Shown: piece after piece, positions 52,001-59,400 of the stretch
Layout: each line of letters begins with the position of its first letter
Numbering within the stretch: the first letter of the stretch is position 1
NCBI GenBank assembly: GCA_964270895.1
Contig: OZ185435.1
Strand: one strand, 5' to 3'
Length of the DNA stretch: 64,000 nucleotides
Origin: Podarcis filfolensis
Taxonomy: Eukaryota
Notes under the pieces: generated by a model
What the model was told of the DNA's origin: nothing
Databases searched by the model: none
Seen by the model: the letters and a program-made list of their open reading frames with translations, nothing else
Position numbers and translations under genes: made by a program

Positions 52001-53914
52001 TGCTGGGACTCAAGGCAGCTTTCAGATAGAAACAAGAACCACTAAAAACATTTTTTTAAAAAATCAATAATGAAAACTATATACGTATATAAAATCTGTT
52101 TAAGGCATACCAATAATTAGACTCAAAAACAGCATGGCACCAGCCCTTTAATTTAATTAAAAGCAGTCAGTTCCCAAAAGCCTGTTGGGACAAGAAAGCC
52201 TTTACCTGCCTGTGCAAAGGCAACAAGGAGCCAGTCTAGCTTCTCTAGGGAGGGAGTTCCAGAGACTGGGAGCAGCCACCAAGAAGGCCCTCTCCCATGT
52301 CCCCACCAAGCATGCCTGTGAGTGTGGCGGGACCAGGAGAAGGACCTCACCTCAAGACCCAGGCAGGTTTGTATTGGTCAATAAGGTCCTTCAGACAGCC
52401 TGGGCATAAGCCATGTGGTGCTATATAGGTAATAACCCGCACTTTGAATTGCGCCCGGAAACAGACCTGTAGCCAGTGGAGCTGTTCTAGCAAGGGAGTC
52501 ATCTGCTACATATAACCAGCCCCTGTCAACTATCTGGCTGCAGCTTTTGGAGCCAGTTGAAGTTTCGGAGTACTGTTCAAAGGCTGCCCCACGTAGAGTG
52601 TGTTAGAGTAATCCAAACTGGATGTAACTAATACATCTGTCACTGTGGGCAAATCAGACATCTCATACACTTCCCCCTCTTCCCCATGACACATGCCCAT
52701 TTCTTCCAGAATAGTAGTTTTTCTGGAAGCGGCAAACACTAAGCACTTCCACAGTTTTAAAGTCGCATCTGAATCAGTAATCTGACTTGCATCCTTGAAA
52801 AGGAGAGCAAAATCAATGTGTTTCTGTGTGTGGCCTAATCTTCACATGTTTTCTTGCTCAGCTTGAGTCTGGGCAAAAACAAACAGATTTGTGTTGTGGC
52901 TTTGGAAAAAATATTAATATTGATGATGATAATGTTGACGACGAGATACTAATTTTGATGATGGTGATTTTTCAGGCCAAACTCCTTTGTGATCATCACA
53001 GCAAATAGAGTCATTCACTGCAACAGTGACATCCCTGAAGAGATGCACCACTGGATCTCCCTCCTGCAGAAGCCCAAAGGCGAATCCCGGGTCGATGGGC
53101 AGGAGTTTCTTGTGAGAGGTATGAAGGCAAGATGAAAGAGTTGGCTAAATATATTGTGCCTGAGGCAGAACACCTAAACAGTACCCTCCTTGCCCCAGTG
53201 GTGTTAATAATACAAATAAGCCATTTGCTGGGCTTTGAGGCAGCCTATCTCACCATAGCACTAGTTGCTACAGTCATGGCACAGCTCACTCTTCCAAAGT
53301 GATAATGGCATTTCCCACTTTTTAAATGGGATAGGAAGCTGATGATGACCATGAGAACTGATGCAATAGAGTGGCTCATAACATGCGGTGGTGAGAAAGC
53401 CTCCAGTTCAAATCTCCCCTCATCCAGGAATTCTCTAGGTGGCCATGGGCAAGTTTGCTGCTTTCTTTGCCTCGACCCCACCTGTTCATATTGGCATTGC
53501 AGGATGCTTGTAAGGATTTACTAAGATGAAGCCACCATAGCTTAATGTTCTGACAGCAGTGTATAAGTGTTAAGAACTGAGGTATGTATTCACACCCTTT
53601 AAGTGTGGGTTTCACTGACAAGATACCCAGGGTTAGCAGCAGAGTATTTAATCTGAGGAATGATGTAAACAGACTGAGGTTTGAGGTGACTGTGATTCAT
53701 CCCAATAATTAAATGCTGATCCCGTCATCGCTCTCTCAATTGTCAAAATTCCCAACCCTCATTCAGCACACGCTTCAGCTGCCCTCTCCCACTTGCCTTA
53801 ACATTCTGTACCCCAAGCAGTCTCCTCCCGCCCCCCTCACTTCCCTCCAAGCACAAATGCTAAACATGGTTCATTAAAAGCTCTTTGGGTGGTTGAAGTG
53901 TTACCTAAACACTC

Positions 53915-53966
<52 letters not shown>

Positions 53967-56390
53967 TGCAATGCATGCTCTGATAGTGAAGGCAGGAAGT
54001 CAGCTGGGGGAGATGAAGGTTTAGACTGATTTGTGCCTCCTCCTTCCTCTGTTCTTTAAAAGAAAGGAACAGAAATTTGAAGGTCTCCAGTAGCATCCCG
54101 TTAGCAAGAGAGCAAACTCGATTTCTTGAATTTCAATTCCATTGGGCCCCGTTGTCCCTCTTTCCCATCAGGCTGGCTTCATAAGGAGGTCCAGAGCAGT
54201 AGCAAGACCTCTTCCCTGAAGGTGAAGAAACGCTGGTTTGTGCTGACCAACACTGCCCTTGATTACTACAAATCGTCCGAGCGCACAGCCACCAAGCTCG
54301 GGACACTGGTGCTGAACAGCCTCTGCTCAGTGGTCCAGCCTGATGAAAGGGTCTTCAAAGAAACAGGTAAGGAAGGGGGAAAGGTGTTCTTTGTGTGCCA
54401 CTGTGTCCTTCTCTGAGTGTTCGTTTCCATTCTTTACCATTTTGTGCAGAGCTATAAAAGTGTGGAATATCATTTTGGTCATTTGTAATAGGACACAGTC
54501 CTGGCAGACTATGGGGAGGGTCTGCATTTTGCATGTAGAGGGTCCCAGCTTCAATCCTCATTTCAAAGGATCCAGCATCAGCGCTTGGGAGAATCTGCCT
54601 GAGAGACCAGCTGCTAGTATTGGGATAGATGGGACCATGGCTGGACTTTGTATGATGCAGATCACATGTTCATATGCCTGTGTCTGTTCTGCATTTATTA
54701 TTGGTAAGGCCCGAAGAGAATTTCTGGACTGACTCTGTTCATCCTATAAACCATAACATTTAATTTGCTGGTTTCTTTGGAGTGAAATAGCATTTGTGCC
54801 ATGGGAATGATGGCACAGAGTGAGTCCTGTGGGGTTAAGTTGGTGCTCCATGGGCCAAGCCAATCAAGTGCACAAAGGAATATCAGGGGCTTTCTGTAGA
54901 CCCCTTTGGGTGCCATTGGCCAGTTTAGATCGCACGGCAACTGCATCATGTCTTGAGCAGCTGATAGAGCGCAGTCAACATTGCCACCAGGATCTGGCCT
55001 CTGCCAGCTCACACTTTTCTCTCTCGCTGTGTCATTTGCCATCTCAATTACTCCAAGATTGGGCAGTAGTTGCCTGTTTCTGTTTGTGCCTTCAGGCTAC
55101 TGGAACATCACTGTGCATGGCAGAAAGCACTCGTACCGGCTCTACACAAAGCTGTTGAATGAAGCCATGCGCTGGGTCTCTGCCATCCAAGGAGTCATTG
55201 ATAGCAAGGTTCCCATTGAAACACCCACACAGCAGCTGATTCGGGACATTAGAGTAAGTGCCTCTAACTCTTAATTGCACATGAGTATGAGGGATGCGGG
55301 TGGCGCTGTGGTCTAAACCACTGAGCCTCTTGGGCTTGCCGATCGGAAGGTCGGCGGTTCGAATCCCCATGACGGGGTGAGCTCCTGTTGCCCAGTCCCT
55401 GCTCCTGCCCACCTAGCAGTTCGAAAGCATGTCAAAGTGCAAGTAGATAAATAGGTACCGTTCCGGCGGGAATGTAAACAGCGTTTCTGTGCGCTTCTCT
55501 GGTTTCGCCAGAAGCAGCTTAGTCATGCTGGCCACATGACCCGGAAAAACTGTCTGTGGACAAACGTCGGCTCCCTCGGCCAGTAAAGCGAGATGAGTGC
55601 TGCAACCCCAGAGTAAAGGGGTCCTTTACCTTTTTATAAGCTCTATATCCACATTACTAGGATCCCCTTATACTCACAGGTTTAAGATATTAAGGCAAAT
55701 GAGCTTTCCTTGCTCTCTTCATATACAACCTTTTAGGATTTGCTCGTGTGTGTAAATACCCAGGTATTTGAGCTTCCCTCCCATTATTTGCATCATTCTG
55801 CTCGGTTCAGAAGCGGAGATGTCCCTTGGCACTTTCCCTTTCTTCCTGCCCCTCTTCTAGGTATACAATTTCTCTCTGCACACACGTTGGAATAATCAAA
55901 AGCAAGAATGTAACATACACAAAGGACAGCGTCCATTAATTCTTAAGTACTAGGTCTGGATTCGACAAAGGACTCTGGTAGAATCCCTCTTTCAGCGGGA
56001 ATAGTGTGTTAAGGCACATTCATACGTGCAGGATAATCCAAAGGCTGCACATTTTTATGGGAGAGTCATAGCTCAGTGGCAGATCACAGTGTTTGCATAC
56101 AGAAGGTCCCTGGTACAATACCCGACATCTCCCATGAAAGAAGGATATCCAGTATCAGGGCTGAGGAAAACCTCTCAGACCTTGGAGGGCAGCTGCTGGT
56201 CAGAATAAAGAACACTGGCTGAACCAGCAGTTTGACTGTACAGAAGGCAGCTTCATGTGTTTGTATCATAGGGATCCCTCCACTGAGCTATAAGGAAGCA
56301 CCTCTTGTAATTTTCTCTCTGAAGTTTGCCATTTGGCCCCCCCCTTTTCAGGTAGACAGATGGAAATACATATACACTTGGTTAGTTCCC

Positions 56391-56441
<51 letters not shown>

Positions 56442-59400
56442 TAAAATCGGCAGAAGGGTGTAGATGCACATTTTATTCAACAACAACTAAAAGCAATATT
56501 ATGATCTGTCAGAACATGGCGTGTTTCTAAATATTCAGAATTCCTTTTGATGAGAGGGCTGTTGTTGGCCTGACATACTCTGGATATTTTGTGATATAAA
56601 GTGATCTCCAAATCCTTCTATGGACTTGGTTTGGCAGTTTCCCCTGTTGCTGACCACCTTGCCATTTTTGCAGTACAAGGCCTTTAACTGTTGTTTTATC
56701 TCTTCTGTAATGGACTGGGAGCACTTCCATTTAATAGTGCAATTAGATAGTTGGAGGGAAAGAGAGAAGCCCTGTAAAGGTAACCTCTATTTGCCCACCC
56801 CTTCCTTTCAGGAGAACAGCATGAACCCTGAAGTGGTAGAACAGACCTACCGGAGGAATCCTATCCTGAGATACACCCAGCATCCCTTGCACTCGCCGCT
56901 TCTACCACTGCCATATGGGGACGTTGGGGTCAACTGTGAGTGACTTGGTGGCTTTCGAGGATGCTATGTCAAGGGTTCAAAAGGAATATTTTTTAGAGGA
57001 TGGGATGGGAGTGAGGCAGAATCTTGCCAGGATGAAGGTCATCCAGCTTTACAGTGCAACCCAGTATACACGTTTCCTCAAAAGTAGGTTCAACTTCAGT
57101 GCAACTTACTTCTTAGCTGAGTGTGCACAAGATTTCTGTGGACACTGACTCAGAAGTAAGTCTCAGTGGGTCTTACATCCTAATAAACATGCATAGAATT
57201 GCACTGTAAATCAGAGTTATTGTGTTGACTCCTGCTGAACTCTGATGGTTAAAAAAACACTGTAGAAGTGGGAAGATGCAGCGAACTTACCAGTGAAATG
57301 GAATTAACTAGCTGATATACAAAGAATTGTGCATTAAGAAAGGAGCAGAATCATAGCCCTATCATGTAACCATTTCTAATGCGGGGAACTGGATTGTCTC
57401 TCAAGTGACCTTTGGGTAGTGATAATTGTCAGAGGAGTTTCCTTTCTCCTCTGGGTTGTGGGCATGAGCAAATGTGTTTCCTGGAGTGATGAACTACCTG
57501 CTGGCCAGTCCGTAGTTGGAGGACATACTGACTGCCTTCTCCATGCCTTGTTGTTTGTGCCGCCTCCTCCCACTGCAGTGCAGCAAGAGAAAGGCTACAG
57601 CAGCCTCCAGGACGAAGCAATGAAGATCTTTAACTCCCTTCAGGAGATCGAGACAGTCTCTGACCCCATCCCCATTATCCAGGGCATTCTGCAGACCTGC
57701 CATGATCTCAGGCCCCTCCGGGACGAGGTGTACTGTCAGCTGATCAAGCAGACAAACCACGTGCCACAGCCCAACAGACCGGGGAACCTTCACCACTGGC
57801 AGCTGATGACCTGCATGAGCTGCACCTTCCTGCCCAGCAGAGGCATCCTCCGTTACCTCAAGTTCCACCTCAGAAGGTAAGAACCATCCTGGAGGAATTT
57901 CTCTGCAATTGTAGCTAGCTCACTGACTCCAGAGCACTGCGGAATACATTACATAGCACCAGTCGCTGCAGACATATAGAAACATGGGAAGGCTGCTTCA
58001 TATTGAGTCAGCCCATCAGTCTGACTAGCTCAGTATTATCTCCGCTGAAGGGCAACAGCTCTCCAGGATTCAGTCCTAGCCAGAGATAGAACCAGGAACC
58101 TTCTGCATGCAAAACAGGAGGCCCTTTGCCTAATACTTGCATCCTTAGAGATCATTGCAGAGGCCATCCACCCCCAATTTACCTCCACCTTGCTTTGTGA
58201 AAACTTCAGTGCTTCCTGTACTACTGTCCCCCATACCTGCTTTCTACTAAGCAGCAGTGCCAAGCTGGTCCTGATATATTTAGACAAAGGTGTAAGTATT
58301 GGTCTCAGAGGCAGAAAATCGTAAATAACCTCTGTCCAAATGAATGAAATTTGCTTATATTAAGTGATACAACATCTTCATAGGCGGTAGGTAGCCCACA
58401 ATCTCTTGAGTTGGCTTGGCCTCGCTATACAAATGACACGGTTCTAGATCAAAGTTTGTTTCATGACAGAATGGCAATATGTTATTTACCTCTTCTCTTT
58501 CCTCACCCTCCCTCAACCAGAGTAAAAGATCTCTTCCCAGGCACTGAAATAGATCGGTATTCTCAGTTCATCACTGATTCACTGAAAAGAACCAAGAGCA
58601 GGGAGTTTGTCCCCTCCCAGGAGGAAATACAGGCCCTCATCACCCGGGAGGAAATGACCACCACTGTCTACTGCCACGGAGGAGGTTCCTGTCAAATTAC
58701 CATCAATTCTCATACCAGTGCCGGAGAGGTAAGAACGAAGGCAGAATTTTCAAGGCAAAGTTGTCCAGGGAAGAAGGGGCATTCAGCTTGCTTCAGATGG
58801 CCTCTACTAGCGGAAGTGGAGGGAATATATATCTCTCTCTCTTAGCCCAGCCTGTTTGCATCTGTCTGAGAGGTTCCTTGTGCAACCAAATCCTTTGTGG
58901 AGTAACGTGGTCTCTCTCCTCCCTTTGTAGGTGGTAGAGAAGCTGATCCGGGGGTTGGCCATGGAAGATAGTCGGAACATGTTTGCCCTCTTTGAACGCA
59001 ACAAGCATGTGGACAAGGCCATTGAGAGTCGGGTGATTGTAGCTGATGTTCTGGCCAAGTTTGAGAGGTAGGTGTTTCACAGGAATAGTGAATGCTGTTT
59101 AGCATTGGGGGAATCTGATACTTTCTAAACAAGAAGGCCTTCTGCCATGTTGCTAGTACTCTTGAGACCTTATGGCAGGGTGCTATGGAGATGCTGTTTT
59201 CAGAGACAGATGCTACGTGTAGACCAGCTCTTCTTTACCAACGAACCAGATGGTAACCAGCTTATTCCTCATCTTTTAGACTTGCTGGGTCCGTGGAAGA
59301 GGAGGATGAGGATGGGCACTGGCAGCTCTACTTTAAACTGTATTGTTTCTTGGATGTTGAAAATGTTCCCAAGGAAGGGGTGGAATTTGCTTTCATGTTT